Shown here in pieces: positions 27,788 to 40,500 of a stretch of 64,000 bases of DNA. Position numbers and translations under genes: made by a program. The notes under the pieces were generated by a model. That model saw only the letters and a program-made list of their open reading frames with translations. It did no database searches and was not told the origin of the DNA. The first letter of the stretch is position 1; every line of letters starts with the position of its first letter. Origin of the DNA: Caldisericota bacterium (GTDB taxonomy: Bacteria > Caldisericota > Caldisericia > JAAYUI01); NCBI GenBank assembly GCA_029548865.1, contig JAKPMO010000015.1, forward strand, positions 80,445 to 144,444. The letters run 5' to 3'.

Positions 27788-29077
27788 TCAGACCAGCTGG
27801 CTGGCAACCTCCCCAAGCTTTGAAAATTCAACCTTCTCCTGTTCTCCTGTTTCCATATTTTTTATCAGTACTGTCGATGATTTTGCCTCGTCTTCGCCGA
27901 TTATTACAATGTATGGGACACCCTTTTTCGAGGCATATTTTATCTGTTTCCTGATGTCGCCATCGCCACAATATAGATCACACGGAATACCTGATTCACG
28001 GATGGTTTTTGCACATTCAAGTGCAAGGGATAGGGAACCTTCGCCAAAGTGGCAGATTTGGATTTTTGCTATGGTCTTTGTGTCACTTATCATGCCTATT
28101 TCCCTCATGGCCGCCATGATCCTGTCTATTCCAAGCGAAGCCCCGGTTGCACACACCTGGTTCCCGGAGAATATGCCTATCAGGTTGTCATACCTGCCAC
28201 CGCCAGCAACTGAGCCGATCTTTGGCGTCTCAAGCCTTGCTTCAAAAACCGGGCCAGTGTAGTATGATTGCCCTCTTGCAAGGGATGGGTCAAATTTCAC
28301 CCTTGCACTCATTGCACCGGCAAGCTCAATGATTTGTCTGATGTTGTCCAGCGCCTGGACGGCCTCCCCATCACTAGCAAGCATTCCTTTAAGTTTTGAA
28401 ATCACATTGCTGGTGTCGCCCTGGACAGATATCATCTCCACTATTCTCCCAGCCGACGGTATACCCTTTGCCTCAAGCTCTTTGGCCACTCCATCTGGCC
28501 CCACCTTGTCAAGTTTGTCCACAATGATTATCGATTCTTTGAGTATTTCCTTGGGTACACCACAAGCTCTCATTATTCCTTGCATTACTCCCCTGTGATT
28601 GACCAGAATGTTGAAATCCTTGAAACCCATTCTGAAAAGAGAATCAGACAGTATCGAAACTATTTCCGCGTCAGAAAGTGGCGAGGCGGTCCCAAAAATG
28701 TCCACGTCGCACTGGTAGAATTCCCTGAACCTTCCCTTTTGCGGGCGTTCGGCCCTATAGACGCGTTGTATCTGGTACCTCTTGAACGGTTTTGGTATGT
28801 CCTGGTAAGTTGCCATTACCCTCGAGATCGGAACAGTCAAATCATAGATGAGTCCAACATGTCTATCGCCATGGTCAGTGAAATCGTACATGAGCATCTC
28901 GGATTCGCCACCCTCTTTTCCGGTAAGCGTTTCATAGTACTCAAGGGAAGGGGTCTCGATAGGTTCAAAACCATGGGACTCGAAAACGGCTTTTATCATG
29001 GACATCACCTTGTTACGGGCTATCATGTCGCCAGGAAGCAAGTCTTGGAAACCTGACAAAATCTGTGGTGCTTTCAT
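27788..29077 (-). CDS. hisS: Histidine--tRNA ligase
   Basis: Class II aaRS motifs. N-terminus MKAPQILSGFQDLLPGD is typical of HisRS. Confidence 0.9.
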   Translation of the reverse strand: MKAPQILSGFQDLLPGDMIARNKVMSMIKAVFESHGFEPIETPSLEYYETLTGKEGGESEMLMYDFTDHGDRHVGLIYDLTVPISRVMATYQDIPKPFKRYQIQRVYRAERPQKGRFREFYQCDVDIFGTASPLSDAEIVSILSDSLFRMGFKDFNILVNHRGVMQGIMRACGVPKEILKESIIIVDKLDKVGPDGVAKELEAKGIPSAGRIVEMISVQGDTSNVISKLKGMLASDGEAVQALDNIRQIIELAGAMSARVKFDPSLARGQSYYTGPVFEARLETPKIGSVAGGGRYDNLIGIFSGNQVCATGASLGIDRIMAAMREIGMISDTKTIAKIQICHFGEGSLSLALECAKTIRESGIPCDLYCGDGDIRKQIKYASKKGVPYIVIIGEDEAKSSTVLIKNMETGEQEKVEFSKLGEVASQLV

Positions 29078-29655
29078 TACATCTCCTTGATGTGCTCTCT
29101 GACTATCCCTAATATCTCGGAGCTGAATTCTTCTATTGTCTTTTTGTTAGCACCCTCAACCTGCAGGAGGTTTTCGAGGCTTGTTGGCATTTTTCTTGCT
29201 ATGTCTTCTATCGTCTTATTATAGAGGATAATGTAGGCTGGCCATCCTCTGCTCTTCGCCTCTTTTGATCGCCAGGCCCTGAGCTTCTCCGCCAGGCTTT
29301 CGTCATAGTCCAGCTTTGATGGCGTTTCAGCTCTTTCGTCTAGGATCTCCTCAGTTTTTTGTGGGTTGCCGCCATTTTGTCTACCGTGCTCAACGTCGTA
29401 ATAAATAACGAACACAAGCCAGTGGTCTACCTTTGATGGTACAAACTGTGGTTGTACCAAAAGAATAGTCCTAGAGGACAAGAAATCATTCAGTGCTTCC
29501 ATGTCTTTTGTTTCGTCTCCTGGAAGCATGTTTATTCTAAATATCTTGCAGGCAGGCCTTATACCATAGCCTCCCGCAATGTTCCACTTTTCCCACATGT
29601 TCCCAACTGTCCCCGTATTCATAACCTCCCCTTTCTTCTCCTGCATTTCTTCCAA
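29077..29655 (-). CDS. Hypothetical protein with C-terminal HRDC domain
   Basis: The C-terminal segment AEKLRAWRSKEAKSRGWPAYIILYNKTIEDIARKMPTSLENLLQVEG resembles the RecQ/RNase D HRDC fold. The N-terminal 110 aa are unassigned. 1-nt overlap with hisS (TAATG). Confidence 0.5.
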   Translation of the reverse strand: MEEMQEKKGEVMNTGTVGNMWEKWNIAGGYGIRPACKIFRINMLPGDETKDMEALNDFLSSRTILLVQPQFVPSKVDHWLVFVIYYDVEHGRQNGGNPQKTEEILDERAETPSKLDYDESLAEKLRAWRSKEAKSRGWPAYIILYNKTIEDIARKMPTSLENLLQVEGANKKTIEEFSSEILGIVREHIKEM

Positions 29656-29817
29656 TTTTCCACAGTGTTAACACCTTTATTATGAATTATGTTCTTGGAT
29701 GCAAAAACTTCATAATCATAATAAGTATGTTGATAAGGTGCATAAGTTGCCTTATGCAACAAACCTACTGCAAATTGTCCTAAGAAAAATTTTCTCATAA
29801 CTTGTCTAAAGTGTGGA

Positions 29818-31113
29818 TTACCTTTCAAGAATGGAAAGGATCTCATGTATCGCAGCATCAAGCGTCTGGTCCGACCGCCTCTCCTGAGTGATTTTGTCAT
29901 AGGCGTACATTACGGTGGTGTGATCCCTGCCCCCAAACTGCTCACCAATGGCTATGAGGCTGTCATCTGTATACTCTCTTGCAAGATACATGGCTATTTG
30001 CCTTGGTATGGCTATATCGTGAGTGCGCCTGCGTGCAGTGAGGTCCTTGACGTCAAGTTTGAAGAATCTTGCAACTTCCTCCATGATCCTTGTTATAGTT
30101 ATTCTGCGGTTTCCCTTTGGGACAATGTCTCTTAACACCTCTCTTGCAACCTCAAGGGTCAGTTCCCTGTTCTGGAGTGAAGCCACCGCAACCAGCCTGA
30201 CGAGCGACCCCTCGAGCTCTCGTATGTTCGAGAAGCTGTGCCCCGCGACATAATTGATTACTTCCTGGGGGATATCCACATGCTCTAAACTGGCCTTCTT
30301 CTGGAGGATTGCTATCCTCGTTTCGAGGTCAGGTGGCTGGATGTCTGCAAGGAGACCCATTTCAAACCTGGATCTTAATCTGTCCGCAATCCCCTGGAGT
30401 TCTTTGGGCGGCCTGTCCGAGGTTACAACTATCTGACGGCTCCTGTCATAAAGGGCATTGAATGCGTGGAAGAACTCTTCCTGAGTCCTTTCCTTGCCGG
30501 TGAGGAACTGGATGTCATCAATGAGCAGTACTTCGACGGTTCTGTAGTACTCGTGAAACTCTGGTATCCTGTTTTGCTGGATCGCATAGACCACTTCGTT
30601 TGTAAACTTCTCTGTCGTCGTATAGATAAGATCTGCGGCGGGTTTTCTTGCCAGAATCTCATGCCCTATTGCTTGTAAAAGGTGGGTTTTCCCCAAACCG
30701 ACGCCACCGTATATGAAGAGTGGGTTGTAAGCCCTTCCCGGGTCCCTGGCGGCAGCAAGACAGGCCGCATGGGCAAACTTGTTTGAATTGCCCACGACAA
30801 AGGACGAAAAGGTATACTTGGGGTTTAGGGTATGGTCGTTTGTTTGCGGTTCTTCCATTTCTGGAACGTGTTCCATGCTTCTCTGCACCACAAACGTGAT
30901 ATCAATGTCCTTGCCGGTCAGGTCATGAAGGATGTTTTGGATGGTGTTGTAATATTTTGACTGGAGCCAATCCTTAGCGAATTCGGAGGGGACAGAGACA
31001 ACCAATCTGTCGTAGGTCTCCGAGAGGAGCTCGGAAGTTGCAAACCACATTTCAAAAGTTGGTTTTGTTACGTCCTGCTGTATAACCTGAAGGACCTGTT
31101 GCCAAATGTTCAT
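29818..31113 (-). CDS. dnaA: Chromosomal replication initiator DnaA
   Basis: AAA+ Walker A FIYGGVGLGKTHLL. C-terminal DnaA-box binding domain (IAIGEQFGGRDHTTVMYA). TGTGGATTA 9-mers overlap both its start (31113-31121) and stop (29812-29820). Confidence 0.9.
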   Translation of the reverse strand: MNIWQQVLQVIQQDVTKPTFEMWFATSELLSETYDRLVVSVPSEFAKDWLQSKYYNTIQNILHDLTGKDIDITFVVQRSMEHVPEMEEPQTNDHTLNPKYTFSSFVVGNSNKFAHAACLAAARDPGRAYNPLFIYGGVGLGKTHLLQAIGHEILARKPAADLIYTTTEKFTNEVVYAIQQNRIPEFHEYYRTVEVLLIDDIQFLTGKERTQEEFFHAFNALYDRSRQIVVTSDRPPKELQGIADRLRSRFEMGLLADIQPPDLETRIAILQKKASLEHVDIPQEVINYVAGHSFSNIRELEGSLVRLVAVASLQNRELTLEVAREVLRDIVPKGNRRITITRIMEEVARFFKLDVKDLTARRRTHDIAIPRQIAMYLAREYTDDSLIAIGEQFGGRDHTTVMYAYDKITQERRSDQTLDAAIHEILSILER

Positions 31114-31556
31114 GTGGATTATATTAGCAAACCAGATGGCCCGGTCAACGTTAACCTTATATATACACTTTTGTAACCTTTATATCCCCATTGTGTTGCA
31201 TTCAACCCTCAAGTGCGATATAGTCTCAAATAATACCGTATCAAATGATTTAAATGGCAGGACCCATTTGTCCGGTCAGCGAGAAAAAGGCCTAAAAATG
31301 CAACACATCAACCGTGGCATGGGAATTGCATGATAACAAAACGGTGATGATCAATAGGTGTGAGAAAACATCTTTTGATTGTCATGTTGTTTTTATAAGG
31401 AGTTGGATTTATATGGTGCTTTGATGAAGTCACAGATTCATGGTGTGGCTTCGTTTGGTTTTGCGCACTTTGATTCATTCCTTGTGCGTCCATGCGTTGG
31501 TGGCTTTGCGAACGCCGCAAGCCGCTTTTGCAACAAATTGAAAGGAGAGTTTGGTG

Positions 31557-34500
31557 ATGAAAAAGACGATCAGCATTCTGATTGCGACTCTCATGCTGAT
31601 GACGGTTCTGCCCGTCTTTGGCAATGCCTCAATGGCTAGAGCCGAGAACTCTAATGCCAATGGTGTTTTCGTGGCTGTGAGATTCGAAGCTTCCGGTTGG
31701 AGATTCAGCGGTAATAGCCATGTGACTATGCCAAACCAGGAAATCATCTGGGGAAGACCACCGCAGTATCCAATGCCGGCCAATATCCATGCCTGGACCG
31801 AGTTTTATCTCGATGTAGTTCCAGCTGCTGGCATGTCAACTGAGTCTAATCACTGGTATGCAGTAATTGACACAGATGGCAACCTCTGGTTTGACTCGGA
31901 CGGAAACTTCCATGACTGCAGGTATTATAAATATGCAGACCCGGAAGACCCGGATTACGGAACCGACGCAGCCTCAACAATAGATAACTGCCAAACAAAC
32001 CCGCATGCCAGGTTTGACCCGACCTCTGCCAATAATACACAGGGACCATATCAGGTACCGAGGGGCAACAACATCTCCGGTGCCATCGGTGCCATCACCC
32101 CATTCAGTAAAAGTGCCAACCCGACTTATTTTATGGACCCAAAGACTGGCAGAACGTTCAGGATTGGAATAGCAGACCTTGTTGCCCGTAACTCGGGTGT
32201 GGTAGGCACTTCTTGGATCAATCCGGCAACTGGAAACCCATTGGTCAGCAACCCAGCACCAGAGTGGGACCAGGGAATGGCCCTGGAGCGTTTCCTTGAT
32301 GGTTATGGTCCTGGTGCACCGCCGGTTCCGCCGGCCGAGCCAGTGCCGAATGTCTACTATAACATAGGTGGCTATTTCTACCTCAATAACCTTGACTCAT
32401 GGAATTTTGGCGAAGAATGGCACGCCGTCAATGCTACCGGAAACAGGGAAATGGGTCCTTTCGATGGCATACACGACAACCAGCAGACCTACGTCGAAGG
32501 TGACTGGATTTACAGAAGGGGAGCCAACGGCGCCAACAATCTGGTTTCAGGTTATGATTACACCCAGACTGGTGCAGGTGGCCAGGCTTCTTTCCCGCAC
32601 TATTACGGCGACACCCGTCTTGTTCCGGTAGTTACCCAGAACGTACTTGGTCGCGTGATCAGGTATCCAGCCGGTTCAGCCGTAAGGGACAGAGCTCCTT
32701 TCAGCACCCGTGATGCAGGTGACGATTTCGACGTTGGGACCCCATGCTATCGTTTCCCGCTTTCAGACACCAACTTCAGTGCTTTTGGAAATCCACCAGT
32801 TTCACTCAGCGGAAATGCATGGCCGGGCTCGACTGTTGGCGATACCGTTCACCTCCAGCTCACATGGGGTGTCAATGGCATGTTTGACTACACCACAGTC
32901 ATCTCACCTTCGGGCACAATAAGCATTGCAGAAGGCATCTATGAAAAAGGCCTAGATGGCATGAGGGCCAACACCGTAGAACAGTATGATTTAAGACTCT
33001 CTCACTGGTCCACAGGTGCCGAAGCTTTTTTAACAAACCCGACAGCATACATCCAGCCAGGCGATGCCCTCATTATGTCCGAAGTTCTCACTGGTGGATG
33101 TGCCTCCCCGGTATACAATATCTCTATAGAAACTGATCTCTGGCAGGGTGTTGTTCCTTCCAAGACCATGGCAGCCATCAGAACCCCAAATGGAGAGGTA
33201 ACTTTCCAGGCCCAGAACATACAAAAAGCCACCGTCCTTGGACCAAATTCCCAGACATTCGCTGTTCCAGCTTGTTCCTTTGAAAACATAAAGCTGGATT
33301 ACAGAGAATATCTTGGTGTTGAGATATGGTATGATGATGGTGTGGACAACAACATTGGGGCCGATGGCGTCAATAGGTGTCTCCCCAATAACGGTTCTGA
33401 TGATTACGTTCCAGGCTCTGTTGGAGAACTCTTCCTTGGATGCCAGGATAATATCGCAGATACCGATATTGGTCTTGGAATGGATGCCATCTTCGGTCGT
33501 GTAACTGACCAGGCCGTTCTTCCAATGTCCGATTTCTACCAGCAGGATCCAGTTGGCAACCCGAACTTTGGTGCACCGGTGCGTTTCTTTGACACCAACA
33601 ATGCCCAGGGTGGTGGTTATGGCATAATCAACTATTATGGTTGTGGAGAGGCCCTCTATCGCGATATTGACTATCTCCTTGCCGCCACAACTGGTGGACT
33701 TGGTGCTTTCGAAATCTCCCCAGGTGACGTTCGTCTTTCTGATGTCACAGTTGTCCGCCGTGACCCGATTACTGGTGCACAAACAATCATTTCTTATGAG
33801 GCAGGTTCAACAGTTGCCCAAGGTGATGCTGATGTCAACCTCAGGCCTGGAACCGGACCAAACGTACTTTACCATCCTGGTGTTGTAGCAGATTATGTTG
33901 GTGGAAATGATCTTTCTGCCTTCTACGACAAATATTATGACATCCAGGAATACAATGCTTATGTTGCTGGCTGGAGCTTCCCGAATCCATACGAGCCAGT
34001 TTTCCTCGACTGGAAACACCTGGATCCATCTGATGCAACAAAGTGGATCCCACTCAACAACCAGTATGACCTTGGCGAGTTTATTTATGATGCCGGCCCA
34101 AACATTGAAACAAATGGCTGGACCTACGCTGGTTCAATTGTTACTGCATATGGGAACGTTCAGGATGGATTCATCCGTCTGACCAATGTTTCTTATGCTG
34201 GCCAGTATTACAAGTGTGGAACAGTATGCTCAATCTATGACCAGTGGAGAACCAATGCCCCGGTCTATGGAATCACTTTTGGCAACAATGGCGACAAGAG
34301 GTTTATGGACATGGAAGTCATTCCAGGTTCGGCCGGCGCCACCATGACAGTGTCAAAGCCATTCCAGGTAGAGCAAACCTCACACGTCAAAATTACACTT
34401 GATCCAGCACCAAAAGCAGGACATTGGGATGGAAACACCTGGATTCCTGATGAGAGAGGATATGTCCTCTTCCAGGGAATCGGCAAATATGAAATGGGTA

Positions 34501-37500
34501 AGGGTGAACCACGCAATCTCAACAACATGCTCTTCGAGATCACTCCAAACCGCCCAACAGCCGAATTTGAATTTACACCTTACAGGGGTTCATGTGACGA
34601 GACCGGCAGGGCCGATCGTCCAGGTTCCTCTTATGGTCTTATTACCACCTACGTCATCAGAGACAACGGTGGCCAGAGACCAGCACCACCAGATGGTTAT
34701 TATGGTGACTACTTCTGGGATCTCCATGGCATGTCATCCAACCAATTCGTCGGAAAAACCTTCAAGGAGCGCGTAAAAGGTCGCTTTGTTCCGTGGGCAC
34801 AGGACAACTTCTACCATCCAGAAGGAAATCTCCCATATCCTCCACTTCCTGCAGACCTCCAGAACAACTATGATTGCTTCGACGTGTTCTATGACAAAGT
34901 AAATCCAGAAAAGCTCGTTCTAACAGCCAACAGACTTTGTATTACCACACTTGACCAGCGTTTCCCGAACGTCTCAATCAAGCTCACCGATGCTGATAAT
35001 GAGAATGATGTCAATGATCCAGCAGGTGTTCCGTTCTCCATCCCGTTTGATCTTACCGCAAGGCAGTATGAAGGTTTTCATGCCAACATAGTTAATTATA
35101 ACTGCAATGGCGGTGGAATTGCTTGGATGGCAGTAGCAGTTCCAGCAAACACCTCAGCGCAGCACAAATTTATTGTTCAGTACAACACTGATGGCACTTA
35201 CTATTATTGGTACTGGTACGAGCCACCGCAAAACCCGATAGATACTCAGTATCCACAGGTACCGTGGGCACTCGACCCCAATGATTACCTTCTTGGTGAA
35301 GAGTACACCGGAACCTTCCCGATACCAAATACCACTGCAATCAAGAAAACCCCAGTCTTCGTTGACAACAGGGTATCACTCGAGGACATTGATTGCTCCC
35401 AGGGAACTGGAAACTGTGATGTTTGCGAGGTTCCAGGACTGAGGAAGCTTGGCGACATCACTGGTTATGTTGGGTATCCACTCCGTTCAGACCGCATTGG
35501 AATCTTTGATGGTACATTCGGATACATTGTTAAGTATGGTGTCCCAACCTATGTTACTGGCTATGGTCAGGTAACACCGTCTGATACAGGCGGAGAGTGC
35601 CTCCTTGCAGTCAAGCCGAAAGATGGTTCAACACACCTCAATATCCGTATCTACTCCAACATGACAACCTTTGACTACAACTCGACCATTGCACATCCAG
35701 CAATCACCAATGGTGGACCATTCTTTGTGTACGACAAGATGATCAATGGTTCATATCATGAGGGCATTGATTATTGCGGAACCCTCGATATGAAGGTTTA
35801 CCCACCAGATCCATACGTCAACTTTGCAGAGTTTACAATTGTTGACCACGCACTCCAGTTCTCTGATGTTCATTACACCGCTGGAACAACAACTGCTAGA
35901 TATCTTGGACCGCTTTCACCACTCAATATTCCAACTCCACAGATCCAGGCCCCGTATGATCCAATCCTTCGCTATGTCTCAACCGAATTCAGGTGCTATC
36001 CTGGTGGACAGACCCACGCCGGCCGTGTTACTGGTCAGGTTTGGGGTGGAAGAGGCGGACCATTTGGATGGAACGCATACCCAGCAATATGGAGCAAGAA
36101 GATGAATGAAAGGCTTACCAACGAACAGTTTGGCAAGCTTGGAACAGAGTTCTTCCCGCTCACTGATTATGGTTTCTACTTTATCGTTAAAGATGGCGAA
36201 GGCCGCCACCTCTCCTTTAATCCTGACTGGGAAATTGACAGAAGAATGGTCAGGATGGAGATCGTTGGACCATTTGCACGTCCAAAAGTTATAGACAGAA
36301 CCACTGGCTCTGTTACCACCCAGTATGAATACAATGGCCTCAAACAAGTCCCGATCTCGTATGATTGGACAGGGAAGATCGTTATCGACCAGACCAACTA
36401 CAAGGACTTTGAATATCAGGAAGTCAGGGCAGACTGGAATGGTGATGCAGGATCAGATCCGTTCACACCATATCAAGGAATCCCGAACGAAAACCGTCAG
36501 TACAGGAAATCAAATGATCTTATAAAGAAGCTCCATAACCTCAATTTCTCATCAGTAGGCTATGGAACACCAGTTGGCCCAGGCATGGTTGAGAACACCG
36601 ACAATGTTATCGTTGTTGACGAACTTATTCCATGGCAGCCAGGCAAGATACTCATCTATGTCACCTTGGCAGATGGTACCTTCAAGATGTATCAGGATTG
36701 CTGCACTGCACCGCCGGTTGATGGTGTTGATGTGCACGCTCTTGGCATTAATTATGTCATCTCCGATGACCCGGCAATAAGGAATGCACCGCTTGGAATA
36801 GACAACAAGGTTGAAGTCACACTCTCAGAGAACCAGCCGATCCAGACCAATAAAGAGTGCAATGATGCAGTTGTCTATATTTGGCAGGACAGGGGTGTCC
36901 AGAGAGCTGGTAAGGATCTTATGTTTGGTGCTGGCGATGGCTGGATCACCAACCCACCAGGATCAACAAGGTTCTACTATGGCAGATCAGATGGAAGCAG
37001 CTCCCAGTATGACACAACATGGGACAATGAACCGATAGATGTTAACGGAGACTCAAAGGTAACATTCAAAGATTGGGAAACCGAAATCTGCGGAAGCTAT
37101 GATATGGCAACAAATACCTGGAATGCTGGTATCATCGATGCTCGTACATTCCAGCGCAACAATGGCATCTATGTGTTTGAACTCACCGATTCCAACAGGT
37201 GTCGCGTTGAAACCTCAGGTCTTGATTTTGGTGGTGAGGAAGGCATTGGCGATCCACCAGACCATATCATTTCTGATAAAGAACTTCTCCCGCTCTATGT
37301 AACAGCATACAAGTATGGCGATGATAACAACGACAGGGCATTCTCACCATTCTGGGATCCGTCTCCTATGCAGGACACATACCAGCAGTCGAACCCATCA
37401 GCCAACAGAATGAGATACAGTCACGAAGTTTATCTTGCCGGCCAGATTGCAATTCCGGTCGAGCCGCTTGATGACCTCATTGTCACTGTTGCTTCACCAA

Positions 37501-40500
37501 AACTTCTTACAGCAGGTATCACCCCTGAACTCATCTCCCCAGACACACCACTCACATTCGAAGTCAAGAATGCAGAGGGTGGAAATGTTGACCTCTCACA
37601 AGGCATCAAGGACGTCTACAATGAAAACCTGGTCAAGGAAGACCACATCTGGAATTACCTCTTCAAAGACCCATACATTGATGACTTCTATTACTATGGA
37701 CCAGGCTCGTCACTACCACAGTACTTCTTTGTCAGAACCAACCTGCACAATAGAGACCTCGGTGTTGACAATAACGAAGAGCTCTTCTCTGTCAGGACCC
37801 TTAATACCAGCACATGTGATGAAACAATCTCCATACCATTCCGCCCGATCAAGGTTGATTTCTCACAGGCAAAGAATGGCAAGTATATCTTCAGAGGTTT
37901 CTGTGCCAACGACGTCACCACATGGAAGGGTGAAGAAGGCTCGCCAGACGAAGAGAAGTGGCTCAAAGACCACCAGTTCATCGTCCATGTTTATACACCG
38001 GACCGCAAGCACAGAGGAACTGTTGTAGTACCAATTGAATCACCAAAGGTATCATATGAAATCGTCAACGCCGAAGACCCGAATCTCACGTTCTACTCTT
38101 CACCTGGAGACCCGGACTTCGTAATGACCGCTGGCGACAACCGCATGTACAAAATCAGAGTCACAATCACTGATGCAGAAGGTCGCCTTGTAAAGGGCGT
38201 CACAAAGGGCGTCTCGGTTTGTGGTGGCGGTGTCAAGAACACAGCAAGGTTCACTCCATTTGTAACCAGGCCGGACAGCTTCGACTTCGATTTCAACCCG
38301 TGCCAGGGAACACCATGTGGAACAAAGATCTACCCACATGTTGGATTTGATTTTGATGCTTCAGAAAAGAAAGACGGAATCACAAACGCAATTGACCCAG
38401 GTAATAAGGAACTCTACCAGTTTGGTGGATTCACACTCAACACAAGGCTTGAGTATCAGAAGTGCCGTGACAGAGTTGAGAGTGGATATGTTGAGTACAA
38501 CTCAACCTGCTATTGGTACAGAGACAAGAACGAATGGGAAGTTGACTATGTGAACCCGAAAGACCCGACCCTTAAGGGCTGGGCAATCAACAAGAGAATC
38601 CCACCAAACCTCGAGTTCTCGCTCACTGGAGCATCCGAGCCACTCGCAAGAGGTTGGGGACTTGGAAATATCTACAACTATCCATACTGGGGTGGTGCAC
38701 TGTTTGCAGACATCGACTCCAATGGCGAGCTTGACTATCACGATGCACTTGGTCTTGATGTCAATGCACAAACAGAGTTCTTCCTCTTCGCAGAGGACGC
38801 ATGCTTCGTTGGCGGACTTGTCGGTTCCAACACTTACGTCAACAGCCGCAATGAGGCTGACGTGGCCGGATATCCACCAAGGTTCAGGACTGATCCAAGG
38901 GAAATCCAGAGAAGATTCAAGTACACAGTATCCAATGACCAGACGTTCTATCTTGACTGGGAAGCTTGGCCAGACCATGTTGCTCAGGTTGCCCCGCCAA
39001 AGGTCAAGGTGCTTGATGCATCAACCGGAAACAGGGAAGAAATCGGCAAGGAATTCCTCAACGGCGACAACTATGATCTTATTTACAACTGGGCCAACCA
39101 GCTGATCTGCGAGATTAGGCCAGCCGATGAGAGAGACGTCCCGATGCACCCAGATGGGTACATCATGATGGTTGGCAACCAGCATGAGCAGGCAGTCTAC
39201 GGCAGGACAAAACCATCGGCCGAAGACGAAAAAGTCATGGAAACCACAATTGAATTCACACCAACAGGTCTTGGTGAAGCAACCATCAATATGTTCTATC
39301 TCCAGAAGAACAAGTATTTCTGCGCAGGTTCAGATGTTTGCAACCAGGTCATAAAGATGGTTAAGCCTGAGTTCTATGGCGTGAAGGTGCAGAAGTTTGA
39401 TGTTGGCAAGGGACTTGAGATTACAGCAGAGACAATCGAAGATCTTACACCAAAAGCCAATGGCAAGATCTTCATCACAGTCAAGGAATATGGTGCCGGT
39501 GCACCAGTTGCAGGCGCAAAGGTAAAAGTTTCTGGCCTTGGCGTTGATCAAACCAAAACAACAAACGGCAAAGGCGAAGTTGAGATCGAAGTTGCTCCAA
39601 ATGCAACAGGGTTCCTCAAGATTGAAGCAACTGCAGACAACTTCAAGGGATCATCAACAAAGATCATGGTTGGTTCAGACAAGACCCCACCAATGCTCGA
39701 AATCGATCCAGTTGTTCCGATAACCAACAAAGACGAAGTGCAGATCACTGGTACTACTGAAAGTGGTTCCACAGTCACAATCAATGGCAAGCCAGCAACC
39801 ACAAAGGGCGACAAGTTCACTGGAACTGCAAAGCTCCAGAATGGCAAAAACACAATCGTAGTCGTCGCAACTGATGGTTCGGGCAATACCACAACAAAGA
39901 TGGTCTACGTAACCCTTGACAAAGAGGGTCCGGCCATCATGGTTGATGCAGTTGGTGAAAACAATACCGTATATGGAAAAGACTCAATCAAGCTCAAAGG
40001 CAGAGTTGATGCTGATTCCAAGGTTACCGTAAAAGACATGTCAGGTGCAGTTGTTGGCGAAGCCACCGTTGTGCACGATATGTGGATCCTTGACAATGTA
40101 AAGCTCGCTCCAGCCCCAAGCAAGAACGAGTTCAAGATTGAAGCCACAGATCTCGCTGGCAACACCAGCTCGGTCATGGTCACAATCACCAACATTGACA
40201 GGGTCATCATGACACTCAAGCAGGGTGACGTGAACGCAATGGTTGGCAACACACCAAATGCTCTCCCACTTGCTCCAAAAGGTACAGAGTTCTCGACACC
40301 AGTCGATTTCATCAAGCTCCTTGGTGGAACAGTGGATTTCAATCCGGCAACAAATACTGTCCAGATACAAATCAACAGCCATACACTCATTGCAACAATC
40401 GGATCAAACAAGGTCCAGATTGATGGCAACGAGAAGACAATCCAGTCAGCCCCAACGCTTTCCGGCAGCCTGGTGGTTGTCCCGGCAGTTGACATCTGCG

